In this document: one piece after another, positions 10,048 through 22,330 of the stretch | How positions within the stretch are numbered: the stretch's first letter is position 1 | Layout of the letters: each line of letters opens with the position of its first letter | Assembly (NCBI RefSeq): GCF_001194135.2 | Contig: NC_068981.1 | Coordinates: 155,983,504-156,017,739 of the forward strand | DNA length: 34,236 nucleotides | From: Octopus bimaculoides | Lineage: Eukaryota | Direction: 5' to 3' | The notes under the pieces: generated by a model | Database searches by the model: none | What the model was told of the DNA's origin: nothing | The model's input: only the letters and a program-made list of their open reading frames with translations | Position numbers and translations under genes: made by a program

Positions 10048-12589
10048 ATATAATAAATGAAGAGCAGAGATTTGGCAATTGTTTCAACAACTTGTGTTGA
10101 CCGATTATATATCATGTCCAAAGACATTGATGATTATGACGAGTGTGTATGTGCTTATTTTTCGTCAAAATATATAGGAAAAGATGTAAACATCAGCAAG
10201 ATAACTGAAGAACCTATCATCCGAATACAAATTTTTTGTGTGATATCCGTTCTACTTGAATTACACGGACATTCCATGGTCACTCTGGTCGTCAGAAATG
10301 CCATGAACCAAGGCTTGTCTATTGGAAACTTGTAACCAACAACACCATTGTTGGCTAGTTGTGATACAAAATTTAAAAAATTAATTAATTCTCAAAAATA
10401 ATAGCGCAGAATGATGGCAAATAAGAACAGGACAAATGAGGCAACAAAGTAGATGCTGTAATAATATTAGTGTAATACCTCACTATTTTTGCCATATTTC
10501 TTCAGCAAACGTTCTTATCTTCGTGAATTATCAATGTTTTAACATAGGATTCGAGAACTTTCTGCACTAATAAGTTCTCACTTAATTCCTTTTACACGGC
10601 AGAAGATGTCTTTCCTTCATCCTTTGCAACAACTTTTGAGAATCAACAAATGGCGTTTGATCACCTCTTCATATTTGGAATTTAGTAGCATGAAGGTCAG
10701 TTTCTCCTTACGCATATTTGAACTTTACAAATTGAGGCGGTGAAGATAATAGCCCAGAACCGTCATGCTGCAAGATTAAAACCTTGGAGAGGGAGACATT
10801 AATAAGATAATAGCCGCAATACATTGGATCATTAACAAGCTATGAAATACATGTGGATATGCTGCTTCAAATGTTAGATAGCAGTAGTATACAAAAGCTT
10901 CACAAAGTAACGGTTTCCTGTTTCCTGGATCATAAACTAAAAAGAAAACACCTTCATATTTCATAACTTTTTTTTATATTATTTAATTAAAATGATTTTA
11001 ATCTTAGTTGTTCGAATTTTCAGTAACCAATCCAATACGTAAAATGATGACCCAAACTTGTAAGTTATAAAACGTGTGAGAAGAAAGAGACACAGTATGA
11101 AGTAGGTAGTATGGTTGAGTGAAAAGGAAACCGTTTACTAATTATATCGTAACGTTTTATATAGTCTATAACATTAAATAAAATACTATTCATGTCGAGA
11201 TTTCTTGCTCTATATTGTTTATCTTTTAAAACTTAACAAACGCCATAATTAAGAAAGGTGGCGTCATATTTGTCAGTCTAAAGACGACGCCAACACCAGC
11301 GCCACCACCAACATCGACAGCGTCTGAATAAGCAACAACAACAATGGTGACGATAATTTGTTTAAAATGTAAATAACATAATGTCGTATGTACATTTATA
11401 TTGCTTATTCAATTCATTCTTATCTGTCTGCAAATGCTATTGTTGGGGAGGTTTTTGTGTGTGTGAGAATCTCCTTTAAAAATAAAACAAGTTATAAGTG
11501 CTTTTATTATGCAATAATTAGAGAACAGCGTATATCTATGTGAGGTTCACCTGACCTTACTGAAAGACCTCAAGTTCTATAAATACAAGAAAATAGGTTT
11601 GAACCCCAACCCTCACTCCTTACAAAGCATTCAGTACATTGACGACTAGAATATTTTACATGCCATGTCATTGTCACGTGATAAACTTACCAACCTGTAT
11701 ATAAGGAGTTCCGGTACAACAAACTAAAGAAGCGCCAAACCTGAAAGATATAAACCAAATAAAAACAGGTTTTTTAATCTTTCTTTCATTGAATTGTGCG
11801 AAACGAATTTATTTCTATGTCATTAAAAACGGGGTCGGTAGGGAGAGTAAATCACAGTGCACTGGGAACATAAGTTTCTGCTTCAGCAGTGGAGCGTTTG
11901 AGTGGAAATGACAAGGTTCTTCATGTAATAATGTTGTCGAGAGCTGTACGAGTTTTGACACCAACAGACTATAAAAACAGCGGTAATGTATACAGTGAAA
12001 GTCGTAAAGAGTAACTTCATTGTGCACAAATGCACCTTCTTCATAATGCTGATATTCTCAACAAACAACAGCCTTTTGTTATGATTTCTTATGTACATAA
12101 TAGACTGTGTGTGCATTTATTACTAGATGTGAGTCTACAAGCAGGTTATAGCTGATACTAATCACAGTACAACTGAGATTTCTCACTACTCCTTTTGTGC
12201 ACAATCAGAAAACATGTTTTCTTTTCTTCCATTTTCCTTATTATTCTTTTCTTTGTTTCGATTTTTTCTTTATTACGTTCTTTCTCATGCTTTCATTCTG
12301 TTCTTTTTCTTTCTTTCTTTTTTTCTTCTTTAATTGAAATTATTTTATCTACAAAGATATAATCTTCAGGGGATTTTGAATTGCAAAAGTGGATTTTAAT
12401 AGAACTGAAAATCTATCAGAATAAATGCTTTATGTTATTTAGTTTCGTTCCCTTAGGGTCTGAAAATCAGTCCCGCAAAATGGATTTTTCCTTCATCGCC
12501 CCCGTGGGTCTGTGAAAAGACTAGACATTGTTTAGCCTCAGGTCTGTCTGAATAAGCAGACCTATAATCATGCAAATTCTAATATTGAC

Positions 12590-12594
<5 letters not shown>

Positions 12595-12634
<40 letters not shown>

Positions 12635-12662
12635 CTCTCCTCTCTCTCTCTCCCTCTCTCCT
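12595..12662. repeat. (CT)n microsatellite
   Basis: Read directly from the sequence. Confidence 0.95.
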
Positions 12663-12679
12663 TTTGTAAGTGTTAACGT

Positions 12680-12896
12680 TTGAAGTTCAAATCCAACTGA
12701 GGTTTGCCTTTCATCATTCCAGAGTCGATAAAATAAGCATTACAGTCAGTCAAGAATTGGGATCAATATATCACATTATATTCTCTGCCACCAAATGTGT
12801 TGATTTAGTGCTTTTGTTTCAAATCCTTATTTTATAGAATTTAAGGGCAATGAATTGGCAGAATCGTTAAAGCGTCGTACAAAATTCCTTTGCACT
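12680..12896 (+). mobile_element. Degraded family B SINE body, followed by a second SINE head cut by the gap
   Basis: GAAGTTCAAATCC...TTTGCCTTTCATCATTCCAGAGTCGATAAAATAAG, then AAGGGCAATGAATTGGCAGAATCGTTAAAGCGTCG at 12843. Confidence 0.65.
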
Positions 12897-13194
12897 NNNN
12901 NNNNNNNNNNNNNNNNNNNNNNNNNNNNNNNNNNNNNNNNNNNNNNNNNNNNNNNNNNNNNNNNNNNNNNNNNNNNNNNNNNNNNNNNNNNNNNNNNNNN
13001 NNNNNNNNNNNNNNNNNNNNNNNNNNNNNNNNNNNNNNNNNNNNNNNNNNNNNNNNNNNNNNNNNNNNNNNNNNNNNNNNNNNNNNNNNNNNNNNNNNNN
13101 NNNNNNNNNNNNNNNNNNNNNNNNNNNNNNNNNNNNNNNNNNNNNNTAGGAACAATTATTCATAAATCACCTGGGACACAACCATTTTAAAGTG

Positions 13195-13341
13195 CAGATA
13201 TGGCCGTATAGTTAAGGAACTCGCTTCACAAGAACGTGATTTCGAATTAAGTCATAGTGCGTGGCACCTTTGGCAAGTGTCTTCTACTATTGTACTATAG
13301 CCCTGGGGAATTTGATAGAAGAAAACTGTGTGCAAGCTCGT

Positions 13342-13380
<39 letters not shown>

Positions 13381-13645
13381 GCGCGCGTGCGTGCGTGTGT
13401 GTGTGTGTGTGTGTATGTGTGTGTGTGTAGACGTGCATGTGTTTCTGGCCATCTTCACCCCACCGTTAACAACTGGTATTAATTTGTTTACGTCCCCGTA
13501 ACTTGATGGTTCGGCAAAGAGACAGATGGAATAAGTAACAGACTCAAAACCTATTGGTATTGAGATCGATCTGTTTGACTAAGACCCGTCAAAACGCTGT
13601 CTGAGCATGGCCGCAATCCAATGACTCAAAAACAACTAAAAGATA
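13195..13645 (+). mobile_element. tRNA-derived SINE, family A (CORE-like segment, internal (TG)n)
   Basis: TGGCCGTATAGTTAAG head, GTGGCACCTTTGGCAAGTGTCTTCTACTAT, (TG)n, CCCCGTAACTT...TTCGGCAAAGAGAC, GAGCATGGCCGCA. Matches the reverse complement of 32336-32753. Confidence 0.85.
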
Positions 13646-13939
13646 AAAAAAAAAACATTACAAATATAACTCTGCAGTTTGTGTTATCAGATTGTTAATT
13701 TCATTACAGACATATCCTGGCTGAATGCATTAATTATTTTCAGACTTTCTTTTAAAATATGCAACGTATATATCAGAATATGAAGAAAGTATCGGCACAG
13801 CTATGTGGCTTGCTTCACACTACGTACTTCCGAGTTCGATGCTACCGCTCCGACCTTAAAACAAGTATCTTCTGTAATATCTTCAGATTGACCTATACCT
13901 CATCGGTGAAATTTATCTGATGGAAACGGTGATGAAGTT

Positions 13940-14400
13940 TTAATACACACACACACACACACACACATAAATACATATATATACACACATACACACACAA
14001 ATACATACATATATACATACATACATACATATTATTGGGGCACTGGGGTATGTAACACATTGTCTAAATACCAATCTTGAGATGCATGAAATACATAAAA
14101 CAAAACATACAAATCTGCATAGATGCATGCATACATACATACATACATACATACATTCATACATACATACATTCATACATACATACATACATACATACAT
14201 ACATACATACATACATGCATGTATGTATGTGTATAGGTATGCCTGTGAATATATATTCCTTTTTCTTTTATTCTTTTAATGGCTTGCTGGAGTACCGCCT
14301 TAATTTATTTTCTTTAAGTTCTGTTGTCGCTTTAATCATGGAAGTTAGTCTATGACTGAGTTTGTAAAAGCGTCAACAAAACTGAAAGAAAATATATTAA

Positions 14401-14448
<48 letters not shown>

Positions 14449-14480
14449 CACACACATACACACATATGTACAGAGAGAGA
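13940..14480. repeat. (CA)n, (TACA)n and (TA)n microsatellite cluster
   Basis: Read directly from the sequence. Confidence 0.9.
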
Positions 14481-14946
14481 GAGATGCAGATAAACACAAT
14501 TAGACTTGACACATATATACACATGTGCTAATTAATAGGTAAGTGCGTAACAATAATTAAGAGAAACCATAAGGACTTGTGGAATAAATTAGTGCTTACA
14601 CGAGAAGATTACGTCAGAGAACCTTTTGAGTAAAGTCAGGTTATGATAGTGAAGGATAGCGAGCGACTCCCTGCAAGGCAACTAACAAGCACGGTGGTTA
14701 GTATTGCACAGGGAAGCACCACAAACTACTGACCAGGATAAGGTATAGGGAATATTCTGGGACTAAAGCGTTGTGACTCCGCTATAGTCATGTAATGTAT
14801 GCAATGGAATAGGTGAAACTTAAAATACAATGAGGGATTTTGAAATGCTGTTAGTAAGTTTTACGAAAATGAATAAATAAATAATCACCTAGGAAGCAGA
14901 CAGAAAGTTCTGGAATATTTAATTATAACATTATACGGAAAAACAT

Positions 14947-14956
14947 CAACGACAGC

Positions 14957-15020
<64 letters not shown>

Positions 15021-15045
15021 GCAACAACAACAACAATAACAACAG
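14947..15045. repeat. (CAA)n trinucleotide microsatellite
   Basis: About 30 near-perfect AAC units. Confidence 0.95.
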
Positions 15046-15470
15046 TAAAAACTAGAGAGAACAAAGAAATAAAATCCCCAAAACAGGTTATTTTAACAAT
15101 ACAACAGGAAAAGAAAATAATCAGTTATAACAGTAATTAGAACGTTACCATTTTATTAAAAAGTATAAAAATACTGAGAAACAAACGTTCGTTTAAGTCT
15201 GCGTGTGTGTGGGTATGTTTGTCGTTGCTGTTTTTATTTTATTTTTATGTTTGTTTTTCAAGTGAAATCTTTTTTTTTTTTGGTGTCTGTATTGCTTTTC
15301 TATGTGTGTGTGTTTGTTTAATGTTGATGTTTTTGTTGTGTTTATTATTTATGTGTTATATGTTACGTGTATTAGTTACACTTAAGGTCGCGGTTATTTT
15401 GATCTTTTTGTGATGTTTATTGTGATGTTCACTTTCTTACATTCGGACATGAGAAAACCTTTCGTTGCAG

Positions 15471-15562
15471 AAACAGTCCCGGTAGAAAATTATTCCCATC
15501 AACAGGATGTCTATGAGGAGGAATTTGCGTGCGTGAATCCACTGACGCGATTCAACACACCG
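15471..15562 (+). CDS. Candidate internal coding exon of an unidentified host gene (92 nt; xTVPVENYSHQQDVYEEEFACVNPLTRFNTP)
   Basis: Long U/UG-rich upstream tract, acceptor CCTTTCGTTGCAG|, donor CCG|GTATAT. Only one of three frames is open, and the sequence is non-repetitive. Protein family not recognised. Confidence 0.35.
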
Positions 15563-16099
15563 GTATATGTTTTCACATTGGCCAATCACCAACACTACCA
15601 ATACCTTAAACTCTACCACATTAACACTTCCACCATCAGTACCCCTCCCTGTCTCACCATCACAACAGTCACTACTATTACCAACTTGCCACTAACACTG
15701 CCAGTAACATTATCATTATCACCGCATCAACGTCATTAGGATTATTATTACAGTGGTATGTGTTTACACATTGAGCTATAAATGACATCATCAGATCGCT
15801 CGATGCATGTGTTTCTGCATCGTTACGCATTAGCAACTCTGAATACTACATCAGTCTTCCACAGTTTTATGAGAACGGTTGTAAATTCAACGTTTGCTGG
15901 TGTGCGTAAAGTTTGGTCGAGTTTGAGGAAGCTGGTCAAGTTTAGTTAAGCTGGGCAAGTTTGGTCAATTAACTAGAATCGCACGAAGCAGTCTCGTGTA
16001 AAATATACGCGCGTACAATTATATTTAACAGGTTCATGTACACTCGGACATGGAAAGATCTTTCATTGAAGAAATAGTCTCGAGAGAAAATGCTGCTTA

Positions 16100-16253
16100 T
16101 AATGCTTAGCGGCATTTCGTCCGTCTTTACGTTCTGAGTTCAAATTCTTCCGATGTCGACTTTGCTTTCATCCTTTTGAGGTCGATAATATGAGTACCAG
16201 TTGAGCACTGGTGTCGCTTGCTAGCCTTGCGTCAAAATTTGAAATCAATATTA
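16100..16253 (+). mobile_element. 5'-truncated family B SINE
   Basis: AATGCTTAGCGGCATTTCGTCCGTCTTTACGTTCTGAGTTCAAATTC...GAGTACCAGTTGAGCACTGG...TTTGAAATCAATA. Confidence 0.85.
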
Positions 16254-16709
16254 TTAATATGTATTATTAATACATATTAGTATTATTAATGTGTGTATGT
16301 GTGTTTGTGTGCCCTCGTGTTTATCAGTAGAGTCTAGGGCAAAAAAGCAATAAACAATAAAAGCAGCATTGGAAACTATGAGCAAAACTTTACATGATGT
16401 CAGAAGCCACAAGATATTGACAGGCAGTTGTCTTTTAAGTATATTTTATCTAGCATATACTCGGGAACATAAGGGAACAAAAGCTCATGAAATTCGAACA
16501 CGCTTCAAAATTTCATAGTCATGGTATAATGCTAAACCTTGAGGTTTACAACTAACATACGTGCAAGATTTTATGGTCATCACAGATTAGGTCAGTTAGT
16601 TCAGAACTTGCTGCAGAAACCGACCAAATTTTTTTATTTTCATTTTTCATTTTTTTTCCTGTTACACACACTTTGGCTTGTTTTCGTTTTGAGTTATTTT
16701 GGTCGTAAT

Positions 16710-17375
16710 TAAGGCGGAGAGCTGACAGAAACGTTAGCTTCCCATATATAAAAAAAATTATCAACATTTCGTCCATCTTTACATTCTGAATTCAAATGCC
16801 ACAGAAGTCGACTTTACCTTTCTTCCTTTGGAGGTCGATGAAATAAGCGCCAGTTGCCTACTAGATTGAAACAATCGACCAGCAACTTCCCACCAAGATT
16901 TCAGGCATTGTGCCGTTTGTAGAAAGAATTATTTTGGTCGTAATAAATCGGCAAGCTGACAGCACGCCGGACAAAATACTTAGCGGCATTTCGTTTGTCT
17001 TTGCGTTCTGAGTTCAAATTCCGTCGAGGTCGACTTTGTCTGTCGTCTTTTCGGAATCGATAAAAAAAAGTACCAGCTGAACATTGGAGTCGATGTAATC
17101 TTTTAATCCTCTCCCCAAAATTTCAGGCCTTGTGCCAATAGTAGAAAGCACTGTTTTGCAGATTGCCAAAATGAGTTGAGCGCCGTTAAAATGCCTTATG
17201 ATATTTGCCCCGGCTCTATAAGTTCTGATTTCAAATCGCGACGTGATCAGCTCTTCCTTTCATCACCCGAGCTCGATAAAAGAAAGTAGCAGTAAAATAC
17301 TTGGGTGATTTACGATGCGATCAAGTAACCATCCCTAAAAATTGCTGGTCTAGTGCCCAAATAAGCAACGATTAT
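16710..17375 (+). mobile_element. Head-to-tail trimer of family B SINEs
   Basis: Units at about 16710-16928, 16945-17150 and 17165-17375. The first is flanked by a 16-bp TSD TTATTTTGGTCGTAAT (16694-16709, 16929-16944). Confidence 0.85.
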
Positions 17376-17791
17376 TTTGGACATAAAACTCTTATGTGTT
17401 TTCTTTCCTTTTTTTTTATCTTATAATTTTTGTCCCAGTTGTTATAAGACCCAACCTCATTGTTTTGTTGTTCTTTGTGCTCTCCCCGTCCTTGTCGTTC
17501 TCAGCTTACTTTCCATCGTTATTTCCTCTAACTGTCTCGTCTAAATTGTTGCTTTTGTCCTACCGCTAAATATCTAATTATATTTCCTCGAGTCTTCTTT
17601 GTCTAGTTTTCACTGAATCAGTCCTTAAAAACTGTATCAAGGATTAATGATATGAGATGAGGTTAAGCACGGCAATCCTAAATGCCGAAACTGTAAAGTC
17701 CTCAGTCTGGATAGCTGATGGAAAAGAATTCCTCATTTATTCCGTCTGCTATTGTTATTTGTTTGGTGCTTTTTTACCCCACATAAACACA

Positions 17792-17822
<31 letters not shown>

Positions 17823-19499
17823 GCATACATTCATACATAAGTATACGTGTGCGTGCGTTGTGTGTGTGTGTGTGCACGCGCGCGTGTATGTGTGTACGTA
17901 TATGTGTGTACGTATATGTGTGTGTTTGTCCGTGTGCGTGTTGGTGAATGAGAAAAAGGAAAAGTCCAAGATAAACTGGGAGAAGACTAAAGAGAAGAAA
18001 GGAAATAAAAACCTAGATCGAAAAAAGGTTGACACCATCCTATTTTGGACTCCACAATAGATGAAAAAATCATCTATAAAATATATTTCATTCGAACACA
18101 GTTCTTGTCATCAGCATAATATAACATGCGCGCGCGCACTTACATACATACATACATACATACATGCATGCATACATACATACATACATACATACATACA
18201 TACATACATACATACATACATACATACATGATGGCTGCCCCCTCGTTATTGAGTATGGCCATTGCACGAGGCTTAGCTGTTAACAGTGCTGTGATCGAAT
18301 GCGACTTTTTAGCCCAGCTAAAGATCTACAATGTCTTGTACAGAATTGGCAGCTAAAACCTTTACTGGCCATAGCTGTAGTTGTAATTAGGCTTCATGTA
18401 CCTTTGCATGTCGTTTAAGTCCTCCCGCCGAATCACACTCCCTTCCACATGCCTGACAGATATTATTAAAATGTGTATAGCACCACCACCGGCAGCCTGG
18501 TAATCAATAATCGATCTCACTTTATGACTACGAAGATGACTCTTGAGTTCAGCTTTACTGAGGCAGGATCTTGCACAGACACTGCATGTCAGCGTCATGG
18601 GATGACCCTTACCGTCTGGAAGTGCAACAGTGATGCCCTTCCTGACATCCCTCCTCACTTTCTCATGCGCAACTCGAGATTTCTCAAAAGTAGCTGTCCC
18701 TTCATGCACAATCCTTCTCCACCTGCTACGGTCAATAGCTATGCCCTCCCATGTGTCAAGAGAGATGCTGGCATTTTTCAAGGAAGCCTTCAGTAAGTCT
18801 TTATACCTCTTTTTGGTTTATGTGGAGGTTGTTCTCCTTTAGCTAACTCTCCATAAAAGAGTTGTTTTGGCATCCTTGAATCTTTCAGCCTGACCAGATG
18901 ACCACTCCATCTGAGCCTTTGCTTCAACAAAAGAGCTTCTATACTTANNNNNNNNNNNNNNNNNNNNNNNNNNNNNNNNNNNNNNNNNNNNNNNNNNNNN
19001 NNNNNNNNNNNNNNNNNNNNNNNNNNNNNNNNNNNNNNNNNNNNNNNNNNNNNNNNNNNNNNNNNNNNNNNNNNNNNNNNNNCGCAACTCGAGATTTCTC
19101 AAAAGTAGCTGTCCCTTCATGCACAATCCTTCTCCACCTGCTACGGTCAATAGCTATGCCCTCCCATGTGTCAAGAGAGATGCTGGCATTTTTCAAGGAA
19201 GCCTTCAGTAAGTCTTTATACCTCTTTTTGGTTTATGTGGAGGTTGTTCTCCTTTAGCTAACTCTCCATAAAAGAGTTGTTTTGGCATCCTTGAATCTTT
19301 CAGCCTGACCAGATGACCACTCCATCTGAGCCTTTGCTTCAACAAAAGAGCTTCTATACTTACACTCCGAGAGCTTTCCAATATCTCAAGATCACTGATG
19401 CAGTCCTCCCACTTAATGCCATAGATCTATCTGAGATACATCTGATGGAAACGTTCCAGTTGTTTAAGGTAGTATCGATATGTGACCCTGGTATCGCAG

Positions 19500-20502
19500 A
19501 CATAAAGAAGAGAAGAGAGCACACATGACTTGTATACCTTTATCTTTGTCTTCCTGCATACGTCTCACCTACTTCAGAGGCGCCTTTCTAGCCTTCCGAA
19601 AGCATCACTTGCTTTCCTAATTCTGTATATAATTTCATTATCCAAATTGCTATATCTATCAACAGTGCTTCCCAGGTAGACAAACTGATCAACTACACCA
19701 AGCCGTTTGCCATACACATAGATATTTGGTTCACTATACTGCTTACCAGGGGCAAATTGGTATACATGACAACAGTTTTCTTGAGACTGACTGTCAATCC
19801 CAAGGCAGTGCAAGCATCAGAGAACGCATTCAAAATGTGTTGCATATCAATCTGTGTGCGCTACTCGATCACAATCATCTGCATACAAAAGGTCTCTTAT
19901 GATAGAGGTAAATACCTTTGTTTTTTTTTTCAGCAAAGCGCCTGATATTAAATATGCTGCCAGAGGTTCGATAATGGATGTAAACACCATATCTGCAATT
20001 TCTGAACGCGATGCAGAAAACCATCGCAAAATATATGGCAAATAGGGTCGTTTCTAGAATACCCACTATTTCACTCCATTTTGTATTGAGATGGGCTCCG
20101 AAATTTTACCTCTGACATTAGCCCTACCCTTCATGTCTTCATGAAAAGACCTAACCAAAGCAAGGAACTTTTCAGGACAACCAAGTTTCTGGAGGACTTT
20201 CCACAGTGCATTTCTATTAACGGTATCAAAGGCTTTTGTCAGATCGACAAAAACCTGATATAAATCCAGACCCTGTTCCACAAACTTCTCCTGAAGCTGT
20301 CTAGCTGAGAAGATCACATCAGCAGTGCTGCGTCCCACACGAAAGCCAGATTGACTTTCTGAAAGAACATAATCTGCAACGTGTTCAGCAGACGATCCAG
20401 AAGCACTCTGCATAAAACCTTTCCTACGACAGAAAGCAATGATATTCCCCTATAGTTACCACAATCATTCTTGTTGCCCTTTCCCCTATATAAGACCACC
20501 AT
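19500..20502 (-). pseudogene. RTE reverse transcriptase domain (frameshifts and stops)
   Basis: Motifs in ORFs 20314-20502, 20066-20413, 19847-20041 (YADD) and 19574-19813 (FVYLGS). Confidence 0.92.
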
Positions 20503-20905
20503 TACTGTATCTCTTCAGTCTTCAGGTACACATTCACTAGCCCATATCCTGCCAAACAAGAAGTGAAGTTGCTGCAGAAGTTTCTCACCACCATGCTGTA
20601 ACAACTACGCATGTATGCCATCCATACCCGGAGACCTCCCATTATTCATCTTTGAGACAGCCACCGCAACTTCTTCCAGCATTGGTGGTTCCGTAAGAGC
20701 AGCCTTCACAGGTAATTCAGGGATGAGATTGAGAACATCCTCACTAACTACAGACTGCGGATTCAAAAGTTCATCAAAGTGTTCTCGCCGCCTTCGCAAA
20801 ACCCCTCGTGAATCACGAAGAAGTTCTTTACCATCCCTGCTTCGAAGTGGTGTCATCAGAGAAGTCGGTCCATAAACTTCACGCAAGAGACCATACAACA
20901 GCTTT

Positions 20906-21700
20906 GTGTTATTGGAATCCGAAAGCCGCCTGTATCACATCAGTCCAACACTCAGCACCACGAAGAAAACGAACACACTGCACATCTCGTCTGTCACGCA
21001 TCCTAACAAGGATGTAATCCAGAATATGCCATTCTTTAGATGCAGGGTGCATCCATGTGGTCCTAAACTTATCCTTTTATTGAAACATGGTATTGGTAAC
21101 ACAGAGATACAGCTCCTCGCACATCTGCAGCAGAAGCATACCATTACTATTACACTTTCCCACCCCATGCTTTCCAATTACAGTCCATGTGTTAAAATCC
21201 CTACCCACTCTAGCATTAAAGCCACCAGTACGATGACTTTGTCTGCCCGAGGTATATTTCTTATAATGCCCTTCAAAACGTGGTAGAAAGAAACTTTTTC
21301 GTCATCAGTAGAGCACATAGTTGGAGCCTACACACTAACCAAGGTCACATAATTTCCTTTAACCAAAGTAATTCTCAAGGTCATAAGACGTTCGTTAATC
21401 CCGACTGGGAACTCTTCCAACTTGTCCACAAGAGTAGTCTTAACAGCAAATGTCACTCCAGCCTCTCCTCTAAACTCTTCATCTATCTCTTTCCAAAAGA
21501 ATGTATATTTTCCACAAGATTCTGTAAGATGACCATCTCCAGCTAATCTCGTCTCAGATAAAGCAACGATGTCAAGATCATAGCGTCGAAGCTCCTTTGC
21601 AACAAGAGCAGTCCTTCGTTCAGGACATTCTGAGGACTCGCGGTCAAGCAGTGTCCGTACATTCCAACAGCCAATATTCAATATTTTATTTGGTTCTATC
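20906..21700 (-). pseudogene. RTE apurinic/apyrimidinic endonuclease domain (frameshifted)
   Basis: WNVRTL and ALSETR motifs in ORF 21328-21795; TWMHPASKEWHILDYILV-type motif near 21000-21060. Confidence 0.9.
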
Positions 21701-22164
21701 ATAGCAGCACGATGACACAAATTTGCACAAAAATCTAGAAATACTCGGTTTCTTGGGGGGGAAAAAAGCAAAAAAACCTGACACGGTCTCTCCAAATCTA
21801 ATCTGCAGTGAAGATCTGTAAGACATTCCCAAAATTCTCCATTTGAGATTCTTATGTGAATAGATGCATACTCTTGGGTGTACGGATCGACAGTTCAATA
21901 AACACACCAACTCAGCCACATATTTACAAACGCCAGGAACTCTCATAACACAAAAAGTCTTGACGCTTTGTTAGCGACCAGCTTGAACTCTCTTAAGAAC
22001 TTAAAACTCATAGAAAAATCATACATACATACAGACAGACAGACAGACATATATGAGTACTACGTTGACGTCAACCAAATTCCAATGAAAGGGCTCTGTT
22101 AGAAATCAGCTCTTTCTCTATTAGTGAGGAATTCGAAATATAAAATCAGTGTCACATATACTGC

Positions 22165-22250
22165 TTGCGTGCGCGTGTGCGTGTATGCATGTGTTTGTAC
22201 GTGCATGCGTGCGTGCGTGTGTGCGTGCGTGCGTGCGTGTGTGTGTGTTT

Positions 22251-22328
<78 letters not shown>
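22165..22328. repeat. (TGCG)n/(TG)n microsatellite
   Basis: Read directly from the sequence. Confidence 0.95.

Positions 22329-22330
<2 letters not shown>

Larger units (their letters stand above)
18480..21990 (-). mobile_element. Near full-length, decayed RTE-clade LINE (single APE-RT ORF, broken)
   Basis: APE: ILNIGCWNVRTLLD...RRTALVAKELRRYDLDIVALSETR. RT: NYRGISLLSVVGK, ESQSGFRVGRST, FVDLTKAFDTVNR, RDLLYADDC. C-terminal CSVCARSCLSKAELKSHLRSH zinc finger. Both ends approximate; no TSD identified. Confidence 0.93.

Noticed and set aside
11595-11660. Minus-strand tRNA-like head (GGGGTTCAAACC B-box-like)
   Set aside because: The A-box and any SINE body are not recognisable; too degraded to call.
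12320-12370. Minus-strand CTGAAGA followed by a TATCT/AGATA hairpin
   Set aside because: No GAAA after the stem and no stem III or cleavage site.
17655-17700. HHR-like GGCA-loop-TGCC-GAAAC-TG-TA
   Set aside because: No CUGANGA adjacent to the stem and no stem I.
18668-19362. Identical 280-bp direct repeat (18668-18947 and 19083-19362) within the RTE
   Set aside because: The copies are identical and flank an N-gap exactly, which indicates unmerged overlapping contig ends (assembly artefact), not an LTR or real duplication.
21290-21312. Minus-strand CTGATGACGAAA
   Set aside because: No stem II; it is RTE coding sequence (S-T-D-D-E-K).
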